Below are positions 49,013 to 61,600 of a stretch of 64,000 bases of DNA, piece by piece (position 1 is the stretch's first letter; each line of letters begins with the position of its first letter). The stretch covers positions 77,184 through 141,183 of the forward strand of contig CBDDKZ010000001.1 of NCBI GenBank assembly GCA_965230415.1. The letters run 5' to 3'. The notes below the pieces were generated by a model. The model worked only from the letters and a program-made list of their open reading frames with translations. It was not told where the DNA came from and searched no databases. Position numbers and translations under genes: made by a program. The stretch is from Cytophagales bacterium. GTDB taxonomy: Bacteria; Bacteroidota; Bacteroidia; Cytophagales; JAAEPT01.

Positions 49013-51037
49013 TTAGATCTTCGTTATAATATATTCGACACGACGATTGAGTTTTCGGGTCGCCTCACTTTTATTGGAAGCTATTGGTTTTTTTCCTCCA
49101 AAGCCTTCAAACGTCATCCTTTTTTCCTGAACGCCCTTATCAACTAAATAGTTTTTAATGGCTCCGGCCCTATCCTTAGACAGGCGCAAATTCTCTTCAG
49201 GTGCCGTCCCCGTATTATCGGTATGTCCCTGAAGCTTTATTTCCATTGTAGGATAGTCTTTCATAATTTGTGCAAGCCTGTTAAGCTCTGGAAAGGAATG
49301 CTCAAGGAGTTCACTTTTACTGCGCACAAAACCGACATTTTGCAACAACATACGTTGCCCCATCACAACAGGTACTACAAAAAGCGTTTTTTCTATTTCT
49401 TCATAGCCACCTTCCCCTTCGTCGCGCTTTAAATCGATGCGCTCGCTAACGGGAATAAAGTTTTTGAGAACAGCGTGAAATGCATACTCGTTATCCTGAG
49501 GAAGTACAATTTTATATTGTCCGGTCGCCGCATTCGTTTGGGCTACTCCCACCTCTATTCCTTCCGGAAGTATCTCATAGGCAATATTGGCTTGTAGCTC
49601 CTGTTTCGTTTTTACGTTAATCACCTTTCCGGATACCAATGTTACCGGTTGAGGTTTTATTTCAGCCGGAAGTTTTACACGAAAAATATCGCTCATACCT
49701 AATGTTTGTTTACTAGAAACGAAATAGGCATAATTTCCCGATGCCGGCATGGAAAAGTAAAGTTCATTTTCATCACTATTTATGGCCTCACCCATATTAA
49801 TTGGCTCGCTCCAATTTTCCCAGGTATCGTCCAGTCTTTTGGTAATATAGATATCATTTTTACCGTAGCCCGAAAACCCTTCCGAAGCAAAAAACAGCGT
49901 TTTGTTATCAGCAGCGAGAAATGGTGCAGCTTCGGCCCCGGCAGTATTTAAGACAGGTCCCAAATTCTTGGGTTTGGACCATTTTTTATCTTTCTTCAAA
50001 AAGCTGACATACAAATCATTGTCTCCATAACCCTCAGAAGTGCCAATATCTGTTGTCATCATCAATATTTTTTTGTTTGCTCCAAGAAAGAATTCGTTAT
50101 AAGCACCTGCATTGAAGAAACCTTCTATTTCCTGGGCTACAGGGTAACTCCAACCGTCTACAGTACGATAACTCTTAGACACACCCGGTAGGGGCTGTTC
50201 ACCTTTCTTATATTCGTTTCCTAAAAGCAACGAGGAACCATCGGGTGTTATGTTGTAAACATAGTTGTCATATTCATCGTTAAGAGGTGCAGGTAACTTC
50301 ACCGCCTCTTCCCATGAGTTGGAACCGATTCGCTGAGACACCCAAATATCATCGGCGCCTTTAGAACCCGTATTTTGAGGGTGCTGTCTTCTGGCGAAAT
50401 ACAAGGTTTTACCATCCGGCGAAATTTGAGGCAAATATTCAGCATATGCCGAGTTAATTTGCTCACCTACATTCTCTCTTGAGCCAAAATCGGCTTTCAC
50501 TTCATTCACGCTCGGGGTAAACGGCTTCTCAGATTCGGATACACCAATAGCATCGATAGCATTAAATCCATCAACCTTATCGGTTCGTAGCACGACTTTA
50601 ATATCTCTTATTTTGTATTTGGTAGGCGCATCAAAAACATGAGACCACACCCTGGTAGCTGATCCGGCATGAGCAGGGTCTTCATTTTCAAAAATTTTAT
50701 GTTCTTCCCCGGCACTACTATAAACATAAACTTCGCTGATAGCACCCGGATTCAGGCTTTCGCAAACTATAACCTGTCTGGCAAATACGGGGTGATTCAC
50801 CCGAACTTTTATATACTCTTCTTTTTTAGAATTGTTGGGTTTTGCCGGAGACCAGGCACATGGCGTATCACCACCTTGAGGTAACACATTAGGTTTTTCT
50901 AATGCCTGTTTAGCTGAATATTGCTGATCACCACGCTGGCTCGAGTATTCTTTAACTACTGTACCCCACTCCACCTTAATTGCTCGCGCAGATATAGAGA
51001 TTAAAATAGTGAAAAATAAAAGCAAACTTCTTTTCAT
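49013..51037 (-). CDS. OmpA-family protein with PD40 repeats and an N-terminal discoidin-like domain
   Basis: PD40 repeats (PQISPDGKTLYF, PFLAADNKTLFF) and OmpA_C (GHTDN...LSKDRA...LNRRVE). Confidence 0.9.
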   Translation of the reverse strand: MKRSLLLFFTILISISARAIKVEWGTVVKEYSSQRGDQQYSAKQALEKPNVLPQGGDTPCAWSPAKPNNSKKEEYIKVRVNHPVFARQVIVCESLNPGAISEVYVYSSAGEEHKIFENEDPAHAGSATRVWSHVFDAPTKYKIRDIKVVLRTDKVDGFNAIDAIGVSESEKPFTPSVNEVKADFGSRENVGEQINSAYAEYLPQISPDGKTLYFARRQHPQNTGSKGADDIWVSQRIGSNSWEEAVKLPAPLNDEYDNYVYNITPDGSSLLLGNEYKKGEQPLPGVSKSYRTVDGWSYPVAQEIEGFFNAGAYNEFFLGANKKILMMTTDIGTSEGYGDNDLYVSFLKKDKKWSKPKNLGPVLNTAGAEAAPFLAADNKTLFFASEGFSGYGKNDIYITKRLDDTWENWSEPINMGEAINSDENELYFSMPASGNYAYFVSSKQTLGMSDIFRVKLPAEIKPQPVTLVSGKVINVKTKQELQANIAYEILPEGIEVGVAQTNAATGQYKIVLPQDNEYAFHAVLKNFIPVSERIDLKRDEGEGGYEEIEKTLFVVPVVMGQRMLLQNVGFVRSKSELLEHSFPELNRLAQIMKDYPTMEIKLQGHTDNTGTAPEENLRLSKDRAGAIKNYLVDKGVQEKRMTFEGFGGKKPIASNKSEATRKLNRRVEYIITKI

Positions 51038-51210
51038 AAGTTTATCTTCAGTTTTTTATGAAATCTTACCTTAAAGATTTACATTTTTCTAATCACAAAT
51101 AAAATTTTATGGTTCTAAATAAAACCATATACGGACATACGAATTTTACAATAACATGTTATAGAAATGGTGATTTAAATTGTATTAACCGAAAAAAATC
51201 TTCCGTTCTC

Positions 51211-52293
51211 TTATTCGATATATATGTTTGGACAAGGAATCCTTTTCATAACCCGCTGTTTCTTATACTTACTTAAATTCACAAAAGTAATATTTATCTC
51301 ATGTGCACCACCTACCGTTTCCATTGCTAATTTAGATACTACCCAATCAAAACTGTAGGTAAGAGACCATCTGTGGTATCTCCACCCTGCTGTAAAAACC
51401 ATGGACTCATTATTGTGAAATTCGGGTTTAAACTTCTTAAAAGGAATACCCCTGTACCAAAAACCTGCCAATAAGTGATCATAATGCATGTAAATTCCAA
51501 TATCTATCTGATCATTTTTACCTTGGGACTTATAGTGAAAAGTCGGAGTGATACTCGCTTCATGCTCCATGTCAGAGAATGTTATATCACTAATTTTTTT
51601 AAGGCGTATTTTATACCCCCCTACAAATGTATGCCTCATGGGCAGTTTACTGCCATCGACAAAAACAGCCTGATCGGGTCTATTTAGGTGATGGCCAAAA
51701 TAGCCTATCCAAAACTCGGGTGTATAAACGATACCTCCGCTGGCAAAATCAAAATAAGTAGTGAGTGCATCCCCATAACTGTGGCCGCCAACAAAATCAT
51801 CCGAATCCGGGTCGTACTGACTGGGCACTGTTAAGTTTGAATAATTGGAGCTTCTAAATACATATCCTGCCTGCAAACCTGGCCTAAACGATAAATTCTC
51901 ACTAATATGCACCTCGTAAGCATATTGCAAATCAATAGAATAAGACACAATTTCACCAGTCCCTTGTTGATCCCTTAGCAAAACGGCACCAAAACCGCTG
52001 TTGTATTTTGAAAAATATTTATCAAATGAGAATAATGAAGTAATATACTTGGCATCTAGTCTGGGCCATTGAAGACGTTGGTGTGCCATAGCCCTCGTTT
52101 GGTGCGTACCACCTGCAAAAGAAGGACTTAAATATGTTTGAGCCGCATAGAACTGGGCTAATTGAATATCTTGTGCATACAGACCTGTGACTTTGAACAA
52201 GCCAACAAAAAGAATCACAAACAGTATTTTAATTTCCCTAAAGTGTACCAAATGCGTAAAATACAAATCCAAATTTAATTTTTTTCCTGACAC
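51211..52293 (-). CDS. PorP/SprF-family T9SS membrane barrel
   Basis: AQDIQLAQFY..YLSPSFAG...RLQW...YSFD...GGAHEI...CP. Confidence 0.9.
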   Translation of the reverse strand: MSGKKLNLDLYFTHLVHFREIKILFVILFVGLFKVTGLYAQDIQLAQFYAAQTYLSPSFAGGTHQTRAMAHQRLQWPRLDAKYITSLFSFDKYFSKYNSGFGAVLLRDQQGTGEIVSYSIDLQYAYEVHISENLSFRPGLQAGYVFRSSNYSNLTVPSQYDPDSDDFVGGHSYGDALTTYFDFASGGIVYTPEFWIGYFGHHLNRPDQAVFVDGSKLPMRHTFVGGYKIRLKKISDITFSDMEHEASITPTFHYKSQGKNDQIDIGIYMHYDHLLAGFWYRGIPFKKFKPEFHNNESMVFTAGWRYHRWSLTYSFDWVVSKLAMETVGGAHEINITFVNLSKYKKQRVMKRIPCPNIYIE

Positions 52294-52400
52294 TTTCTAA
52301 TAAAATAACAAACATTTTAATTAGATTTAAAATGTTGCCCGATTGAGGCAACACAAACGTACAAAATTTCGTTTAAAGAGCTATTTATACCTTTATAGAT

Positions 52401-54014
52401 ATGAGTCAAATGCGTCAGGTACTACCGGGAGTTATCGTCTTCCTATTTTCACTATTTATAAAACCCGCAGCAATTGGTCAGTCTCATCATCAGGTTTTGG
52501 AACTTGAAAGTAAAGCTAATGATAGCTTTAATAGTATGCAGTTTTACCTGGCCATTCAATATTTCGGGGAACTTTTAAAGAACGATCCGAATAACGGCAA
52601 TTACCTGTACCCTTACGGTGTAAGCCTTGTTCAGGAACGCAACGACGAAGCACTGCCTCCTTTAAAGAAGTGTTATGAGCAAGCCGAAAATCACCCAAAA
52701 GCACTATTATTTTATCTCGCAAAAGCTTACCATTTAAACAATGATTTTGAAACGGCAAAGCAGTTTTATCAACAATACAAAGAACATTTGTTGGAGGCCA
52801 CCAACAGGAGCGAAATCAAACATAACGAAAAAGTAATCAGGGAACTGGAAAGAGAAATTGCTGCCTGCAACTTTGGATTGGAAATCAGTCTAAACCCGCT
52901 AAAGGTAGAAATTAAGCAACTTGGTGGTAAAATAAACACGCCCGACCCGGAATACGGTCCACTTATTTCCGCCGACGAAAAAACACTCATCTTCACTGCT
53001 GAAAAAGCTTCTACAACCGGCGGACACCACAACCATGATGACGGCAGATTTGATGAAGACATCTACATAAGTCATAAAAAAGAAGACGGCAGTTGGACAA
53101 GTCCTCAAAATATGGGTAACCACATCAACACCACCCACCAGGATGCTGCAATATCGCTTACTGCCGATGGTTTATTCCTTCTTATTTATCGTTTTGATAT
53201 TCATGGACATGGCGACATATATTATAGTAAATTTAACAATGGTATCTGGACACAGGCTAAAAAATTCCCTGATGTAATCAACACCAAATACTGGGAACCC
53301 AGCGCGTGCTTCTCGGCAGATGATAAAACCCTGTACTTCGCCAGCAACCGCCCTGGTGGCTATGGAGGAACAGACCTTTATTTCTCCAAACAAGATGAAC
53401 GCGGAAAGTGGAGTAAAGCAATCAACCTGGGCCCGTTAATCAACACACAGTACAACGAAGATGCCCCTCACATTTTACCAAATGGTAAAACACTGTATTT
53501 TAGTTCGGATGGCCATCAAACTATGGGAGGATACGACATATTCGTTACTCACAAAGACGACCACACACACCATTGGTCCTTACCAGAGAATATAGGATAC
53601 CCGATTAATTCTGCTCATGATGACATCTATTGTACATGGACAGCTGATGGCAAGCGCATTTATTTTTCATCGGTCGGACATAAATCAAACGGACACGAAG
53701 ACATCTTCTATGCCGAAATGTTTCAACTGAGTGAGGCTAAAACATTATTGAGAAGCGGACATATATTGGATTCTAAAATGGAGAAACCCGTAAAAGCACT
53801 CATCCAGGTAAGAGACAAAGATTCAGATGTTATCATCGGTGAGTATTACTCAAACGGAACTAATGGGTCTTACCACATCATACTATCTGAAAAAGGGAAC
53901 TATGATATCAATATCGTCGCCGAAGGTTACAAAGAACTTCATTTCGAAATTCCACATGCCAGTGATCACAATCTTTCTGTCATCCCGAAAGAAATAATTC
54001 TAACACCGAAATAA
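52401..54014 (+). CDS. TPR plus PD40 plus carboxypeptidase-regulatory-like protein (PorE-like, no OmpA domain)
   Basis: TPR helices, five PD40-type repeats (SNRPGGYGGTDLY, MGGYDIF) and a C-terminal beta-sandwich. Confidence 0.85.
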   Translation: MSQMRQVLPGVIVFLFSLFIKPAAIGQSHHQVLELESKANDSFNSMQFYLAIQYFGELLKNDPNNGNYLYPYGVSLVQERNDEALPPLKKCYEQAENHPKALLFYLAKAYHLNNDFETAKQFYQQYKEHLLEATNRSEIKHNEKVIRELEREIAACNFGLEISLNPLKVEIKQLGGKINTPDPEYGPLISADEKTLIFTAEKASTTGGHHNHDDGRFDEDIYISHKKEDGSWTSPQNMGNHINTTHQDAAISLTADGLFLLIYRFDIHGHGDIYYSKFNNGIWTQAKKFPDVINTKYWEPSACFSADDKTLYFASNRPGGYGGTDLYFSKQDERGKWSKAINLGPLINTQYNEDAPHILPNGKTLYFSSDGHQTMGGYDIFVTHKDDHTHHWSLPENIGYPINSAHDDIYCTWTADGKRIYFSSVGHKSNGHEDIFYAEMFQLSEAKTLLRSGHILDSKMEKPVKALIQVRDKDSDVIIGEYYSNGTNGSYHIILSEKGNYDINIVAEGYKELHFEIPHASDHNLSVIPKEIILTPK

Positions 54015-54017
54015 TCG

Positions 54018-55082
54018 TTATTTATCCAGTTGATAACGAGGCTGTAGGTAAAGGCTTCCATCGTTACGTGGTGTATAAAGTGAAATTTGCATAGAAAGTT
54101 CAATAGAACCCGTTCCCGGAATCTGCCCACCTAAAGAAGTACTAACATCATAACTGAAGCCAATATTATAAAACTCATTCCCAAACCCAATCAATGGCGC
54201 TATGGCATCCTGATGTCGGTAATAAAAACCAATTCTTAATTTATGTGGTATTAACACCGTGTGCTTGTCCAGGAAAATATAATGCACCAACATTCCTGTA
54301 TTTAGGAACACATTGCCATCCTGGAGTGAGGATAATACGTGTGGCTGAATGTAAAAGCGTTTACTTGTATGCCATGATAAGCTCCCATAAATATTGATCA
54401 ACATCGGCAACTCATGCGTTTCTGAAGTCAATGATAAATTGACGGGCAATAGATGATATACGCCTAATCCCAAATCGGCACTAATATCTGATTTGGAAAA
54501 ATCTTTATCCGGATTAAAATAATACATCAAGCCTGCAGCAAGTTCATTGCCTGATGCAGATTGGCTAATAATTGGAAGTCCACTATTCAGTGTACCATCA
54601 AATCCTACTCCTGTACTGTACTGGTTTCCGGTCTGAACATTATTATTTAAGGAAAGACGTCTTTGAAAGAAGCCGCCCTGCAAACCAAAATCGAGATGAT
54701 GCAGGTCATCTTTAGATAGCCTCAAATTGTAGGCGAGACTAAGTGTCAAACCTGTTGTTTGCAACCCGACAATACCGGTTTCATCGTTAAAAAAAGTTAA
54801 ACCTATACCACCAATATTTGAAATTCTGTGTTTTCGCAAAAATATGGGCAAAATAGCACTTACCTGATTCGAGCGATAAGGTACGGGTAAATTAAACCAT
54901 TGCTCCCGCGCATTAAACTCCATCGTAAAATGGTTTTCACTAGCGGCAAAGCTGGGGCTTAAATACAAGCCGGTAACATCATATTGAGTAAACTGAGGGT
55001 TCTGAGCTTGAGATGTGATGCAAATACCTAAGCTGAAAATTATGGCAGTTACTGTGATTAACTCTCTTAAATTTAGCAACAC
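54018..55082 (-). CDS. PorP/SprF-family T9SS membrane barrel
   Basis: AQNPQFTQY..YLSPSFAA...REQW...GFSYDVSTS...GSIELS. Confidence 0.9.
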   Translation of the reverse strand: MLLNLRELITVTAIIFSLGICITSQAQNPQFTQYDVTGLYLSPSFAASENHFTMEFNAREQWFNLPVPYRSNQVSAILPIFLRKHRISNIGGIGLTFFNDETGIVGLQTTGLTLSLAYNLRLSKDDLHHLDFGLQGGFFQRRLSLNNNVQTGNQYSTGVGFDGTLNSGLPIISQSASGNELAAGLMYYFNPDKDFSKSDISADLGLGVYHLLPVNLSLTSETHELPMLINIYGSLSWHTSKRFYIQPHVLSSLQDGNVFLNTGMLVHYIFLDKHTVLIPHKLRIGFYYRHQDAIAPLIGFGNEFYNIGFSYDVSTSLGGQIPGTGSIELSMQISLYTPRNDGSLYLQPRYQLDK

Positions 55083-55659
55083 GAAATAAACGATCTAGTC
55101 GACAGTGGGAACAATTTAGCTGAAATTTCGAAATAATGAAAAAATAAACCGAATAATAAAGGTTTAATCTACCAATATCTGTTATTACTAGAAGCTGTTT
55201 GGCTAAAAAAAGGACTCGCAAATTCAAAAGTCACGTAATATTTTTAAAAAAAAATTACTTTTATTAAATTGACAGTTAAATTTTATTGAATTTTTTTTAT
55301 TCGTTTTTTAACTATTTTAATAAAATAACTTCATACGCCTTAAAAACGATAAAAACAATACTTGGTATATTTTTATTTACTTTTAGTACACTTTCCTAAC
55401 AAGTGTTCAACTCAAAATCCACTTCCGGTAAATTGACAAAGTGAAAAAAATAATTATATTATTCTATGTACACCAATCACCAATAATACAAAAGAGTTAG
55501 TATCAGAGTACTATGTCACGAACAAAAAGAAATATCCTGTAACAAAACTCGCTAATGTTTAATTAATTTTCTCAGTCTCTTTATTTCTAATAATAGATGA
55601 TTACCATTTGTTTTTTATTAGATTTATAACTGGATTGGATCATTGTAATGCATAGAATT

Positions 55660-58600
55660 ATGAATCGAGCTAAAATAACCCTGATAACAAGCTTATTATC
55701 TGTGTTATGGACCCTATCCGTTTTTGGTGAAGGAACGAAACAATTAACACCAAACTTCGGAGATAACGGGTTTCTTCAAATTTTTGCCAGAAGCTCCACA
55801 GCCCAAATCTTTGCTACATACCTCGCAGGGCCGGAGCAGCGTCTTTACTTCACGGTTTGTGATACTTCCGAGCGTGTTTTTATCGGTATGCGTCAAAACG
55901 ACGGTGACGTTTATGTCAGAATAAAAGATCCTAATGACAATGTCATCTTTGGCCCTGTCCTCATTCCTGCGGCCGGAGATGGGTTTATTAACACTTACAA
56001 CGAAGCAGTGAGCGGCCCTCAGGAGATTGTTGGATTAGGAGGTTATGACGGATTGGAAATCGACCCTCAAATTGCAGGCGACTACTATATTGAATTCAAC
56101 CCCGTTACTCCTGATTATCAAAATGAAGCTACTAATGCTGTAAGGAGAGTTCTGCAATATTTTGATCTCACGGTAACAGATCAGAATGACAATATTATCG
56201 AAGGAAGGTTATGGTCACGCGAATGGGATATCACTTGCGAAAGCTTCGAAAATCGATTCCAGGGAACCATGTTTGTTTATTCGAACGATAGTATTGTCAC
56301 TTCAATAGATTTCAATGGTATCCAACCTTTTTACTTCACCATTTCATGTAATCTGTTTGGTTTAGAAAATACCGGTAGCGCATTCTTAGACAGACAGTCT
56401 CGCGACGGCAATATTACCTCACCCAGTTACAGGATATTCCTCAATGACCCCGATTCCAACTGTTATCCAACAGGAAGATTTGGTGCGCTTACCGGAGATT
56501 TATCCATTTCGGGTTGTGATCCTTTCAACAGGACAATACACGTCCCGGTAGATAAAGCCGGTTCGGCAAGCATTATTCTAGACCTCAATGGCATACCAGG
56601 CTACCAACCCGGGACGAGTGACCGGATCATCTCTTTGGAACTCGTAGCAGGAAACAACGAAATCCCGTGGGATGGCCTGGACGGCCTTGGAAACCCGGTA
56701 GTCGGTACGGGAACAATACCTGTTCAACTGGACTATTTCAACGGATTGACGCATTTACCCATTTATGATGTTGAAAACCACGAAAATGGTTTCACAGTAG
56801 AACTTATCAGACCTTCCGGGCCACGCCCTCAATTATTTTGGGACGACTCCCGAATCCCTGATGGCACCATTGAATTAACAGGTTGTGATGACCCCAATGG
56901 TTGTCATAGCTGGTCAGACAATAATCCATCCTTTCACTGGGGTGACCGACGAACAATTAACACCTGGTGGTATGCAAATATCCTCAGAGACTCTGCTGAA
57001 TTCCAAAATCAGCAAGTAATTACGGCTACCGGTCACTTCACTTCTATTAGTAATGGCGGTGACACTACGGTATGCTCATCTGAAAACACCATCGATCTCA
57101 TTGGTGAAATTTCCGGTGCTACCGGTGGTATTTGGTCTTCATCAGGTACAGGTTCTTTCGCCCCTAATGACACAACGCTAACCAACGTATATAACTTTAC
57201 GGCAGCGGACAAAACACAGGATTCCATTAATTTCTTTTTAGAAACAACAGGAAACGGAAACAACTGTACAGCGTCTTTTGACACCATTTCTTTACGCTTT
57301 GCCGAGCCCCCAACAATTGTTACAAGCAACGACACCGCTCTTTGTGCCAACAATGCCATATTTTCACTAAACGCCGGTTTCACGAATGCAACGGGTATTA
57401 CATGGACAGGCGGGAGTGGTAACATTACTCCAAACGACAGTTCTCTAAGTATTTTATATCAACCCACTGATGCCGAAATCAGTAGTGGAAGCATCATTTT
57501 AACGGCTACGACAAGGGGCCAGGTATATTGCCCTGCCGTTAATTCATCCACTACGCTCTCCATTTTGGACGAACCTACGATTGATGCAGGAAACAATATC
57601 TCGGTATGTACAGACAACCCTACCGTAACCCTTTCAGGGTCTTTCTCCAATTCAAGTGGAGCTTATTGGTCCGGAGGCTTGGGTACTTTTTCTGATTCTA
57701 CTGATATGAATGCTACCTATACGCCAGACCCATCAGAAGTTATCGCAGGAGATTCGCTGGTGCTCACACTCCATTCGATTGATGCACTTTGCTTAGAAGT
57801 CACAGATCAAATGGCTATTCTATTTACTGGGCCAGCCACCGTTTCTGCGGGCAACAGCCAAATAGTTTGTGAGGACGTGACTTCTGTTCAACTGGATGGC
57901 TCTTTTACAAACGCAGGATTTGCTCAATGGTCTGGTAATGGAACGTTTTTACCGAACGACACGACTATGGATGCAACATATGGCCCCACACAAGCTGAAA
58001 TAAACCAGGGTTTTGCTGATGTAATCCTGACATCACAAGATAATGGTACTTGTAATCAAACAAGTGATACCGTCAGAATAACATTTGCACCGGAGCCCGA
58101 AGCGCTGGCAGGCAACAACCAGTTTATCTGCTCTAATAACGCCATCGCTACGATTAACGGTTCGGCCAACAATAGTAACAATCCAAGTTGGAGCGGGGCA
58201 GGAACGTTTTTTCCCGGAAACACTTCTCTTAATATTACCTATATACCAACTCAAAGCGAAATAACTAATGGGGTTGCCATTCTAATCCTAAATGCTCCAG
58301 GAACAAATGGATGCCCATCAGACGCAGACACCATGCGCGTTGTTATCGCTCCTCCTCCGACCGTAGATGCCGGACTTGACGATACCGTTTGCGCAAACAA
58401 CCCTCTTGTTAACCTTTCCGGATCTCTGACAAACGGCACCTCCCAATTCTGGACTGGAGGCAACGGAACATTTTCACCAAATCCACCAATAAACACAGAC
58501 GTAGATTATACACCCACACAGACGGAAATAGATAACGGTGTGGTCCAACTCTATTTTCAGGGAGTAAGAAGTGGTTGCCTAAATGTAATTGATACTGTGA

Positions 58601-61600
58601 ATGTTTATTTCTCAGCTATTCCCGAAGTCGATGCAGGTGCTGACCTGACTGCCTGTGAAAACCATCCCGATTTTTCGTTACAGGGCTCAGTAATAAGAGC
58701 TACAGGAGGCACTTGGTCCAATGGAAGCGGGACATTCTCGCCATCTCCTAACGATTTGGTTACTACTTATACCGCCAGCGATGCTGAAGTAACCGCCGGC
58801 AGTGTAGACTTGATTTTAACCACTACCGGAAACGGAAATTGCCTTGCAGTTGCAGATACGGTAAACCTGAGTTTCACCCCCGCACCCACTATCGACGCAG
58901 GTAATAATACCAGTGTTTGTGCCAATGTACTTCCGGATTCCTTGACCGCTACCTTTACCATCGCGGGAGGTGTGCAATGGTCAGGAGGCAGTGAAAATTT
59001 TGGTCCAAGTAATCAATCAAATCCTGTTTTGTATACACCAAGCGCTGCAGATACTGCCACTGGAAGTGTTACCTTGTATGCCACCACAACAGACACCCTG
59101 AATTGCCGAGCAGTATCGGACTCTATTATTATAACCTTTACTCCCGCACCTGTTGCAATTGCCGGTGACACCATTACGATATGCCTTGATAACCCCACGG
59201 CTCAGTTAAATGCTTCCACAACCATCGCTACAGGCGGTGTATGGACCGGCGGGAATGGTACCTATAACCCTCATGATTCTTCTCTAACAGCAACGTACAC
59301 TCCATCTCCCGATGAAATAGCTGCCAGAACGCTTACTCTTACTTTAAACACCATTGATAACCAAGGGTGTAATGCGGTAACAGACGAGGTAGTTATTAAT
59401 ATGGTAGAAATCCCGGTCGCTTTACCGGGTAACGATATGGTTGTTTGTAGTAACTCTGGTGGTTTTCCGCTTAGTGGTCAGGTTTTCAATGCGGGCGGAG
59501 GCATATGGACCACAAGCGGTTCAGGTTCCTTCTCCCCCAATGACAGCTCGTTAAATGTAACCTACACTCCATCTGCACCAGATATTGCTATGGATTCCAT
59601 TTACATTACGCTGACCACTACACAAAACGGTCTGTGCGGGGCTGTAGACGACAGCATCAAAATAGTCTTCCAGCCGGCTCCATCAATTGATGCCGGCGAC
59701 GATCAAACCGTTTGTACAAATGATCTCCCGGTACAATTAAATGGTACGGGCTCTCCGGCTCAATGGAGCGGAGGTACGGGCACCTTTTCCCCCTCGCCCT
59801 TAGCCTTAAATGCCACATACATGCCATCTTCTGCTGATACTCTGGCAGGAAGTGTGCGTTTATTTTTAATTACTTTCCCCGACGGTTCCTGTTCTTCTAT
59901 TCAGGACACAGTAGATATTACGATTTTAAATGGTCCAAGAGCAGATGCCGGGAGCGATCAGACGGTATGTGCCGACGCCGACTCGGTATTTTTAGGTGGT
60001 ACAATAATAAATGCCGGCGGGGCTACCTGGACCAGCACCGGCAATGGTAATTTTAGCCCTAATGATACCGACCTTAACGGAACTTACCTCTTCACTCAAG
60101 ACGATATAGACGATGGAACAATTTTTCTACTATTAACCACTGACAACCATGCCCCTTGCCCGGCCTCTGTAGACAGCCTTGAGCTGACTATAACACCGGC
60201 TCCTACGGTTTTCGCCGGGCCAAATCAGGAATTTTGTTCGGATGAAGATAGTATTCAACTCGATGGTCAGGTTACTATTGCTTCCGGAGGTATCTGGACA
60301 ACAACCGGTAGTGGTTCCTTCACTGATAGCACCGACCTCAATGGTTTTTATTTACCTAGCCCTGCAGATACCCTGGCCGGCAGCATTACAATTACTTTGA
60401 CAACGTCGGGTTCAGGTAACTGTCAGGATCTATCACATACGATGACTATCTCATTTACTCCTACACCAACAGTAGCAGCCGGAAACAATTTCGCAGTTTG
60501 TGCCGACACTAATTTCTTCAATTTGAACGGAGCAGTCACCATAGCTACCGGCGGGATCTGGAATACAAGCGGTACAGGTATATTCAGTGCTAACAATGTT
60601 TCATTAAATACTAATTATTTCCCTTCCGCAGCTGATACAGCAGCGGGTCAGGTTCAGTTTTTCCTCACATCTACGGGTAACGGAACATGTAATGCTGTAA
60701 CAGATACTATTACGGTGACTATTGATCCCGCACCGGTAGTGGATGCCGGCCCCGATTTTAATATCTGTGCCGACAGCTCGGGAACGCCTCTAAGTGGAAC
60801 TGTACTCAATGCCTCGGGCGGAACATGGACAAGCTCCGGAAGTGGAACTTTCAGTCCATCTACCGATTCACTAGACACTTTTTACAACATTACACAAGGC
60901 GATATTAACAACGGCTTTGTTAGCTTCACACTTACATCTACAGGAAATGGCCTATGCAATGAAGTGAGCGATCAGGTAATTGCGCTCATTGGCCCTGCAC
61001 CCGAAGTTGATGCAGGTCTTGACAGAACTGTCTGCGCCAGTGAAGATTCAGTAATTCTTAATGGAGGAATCTCTAATGCGGGTGGTGGCGAATGGAGCAG
61101 TGACGGTACCGGAACATTCATAGATATCAACGACCTGAACACCTACTACCTACCATCAGTTAACGATGTAACTAATGGAAGTGCTACCATTTACTTAACA
61201 TCGATTAACAACGGAAATTGTAAAGCTACACCAGACACTGTTGTGTTGTTCTTCGACCCTATTCCTGCAGTAGATGCAGGTAATGATGTTACCGTATGTG
61301 CAGATACTACATCCATTTCATTAAATGCCAGTTCCAGCAATACACAGGGAATTAGCTGGTCGACATTGGGATCAGGAAGCTTCTTTCCAAGCACCATATT
61401 TCCGCTCACTCAATACGTACCAAGTACCACAGACATTGCTAACGGGAGTGTTGAAATTGTGCTTTCATCGGTTGGTACAGGGCAATGCCCGACGGTTACC
61501 GACACCATAAACATTTTAATAAATCCGGAACCTACGGTTGACGCCGGTGATGATGTCATCGTTTGTGCAGACACCTCTTTTATTAACCTAAGTGGTATCG

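Noticed and set aside
55083-55659. Long very AT-rich gap as a replication origin or riboswitch
   Set aside because: No DnaA-box cluster or structured RNA motif is visible; it is adequately explained as a divergent promoter region.
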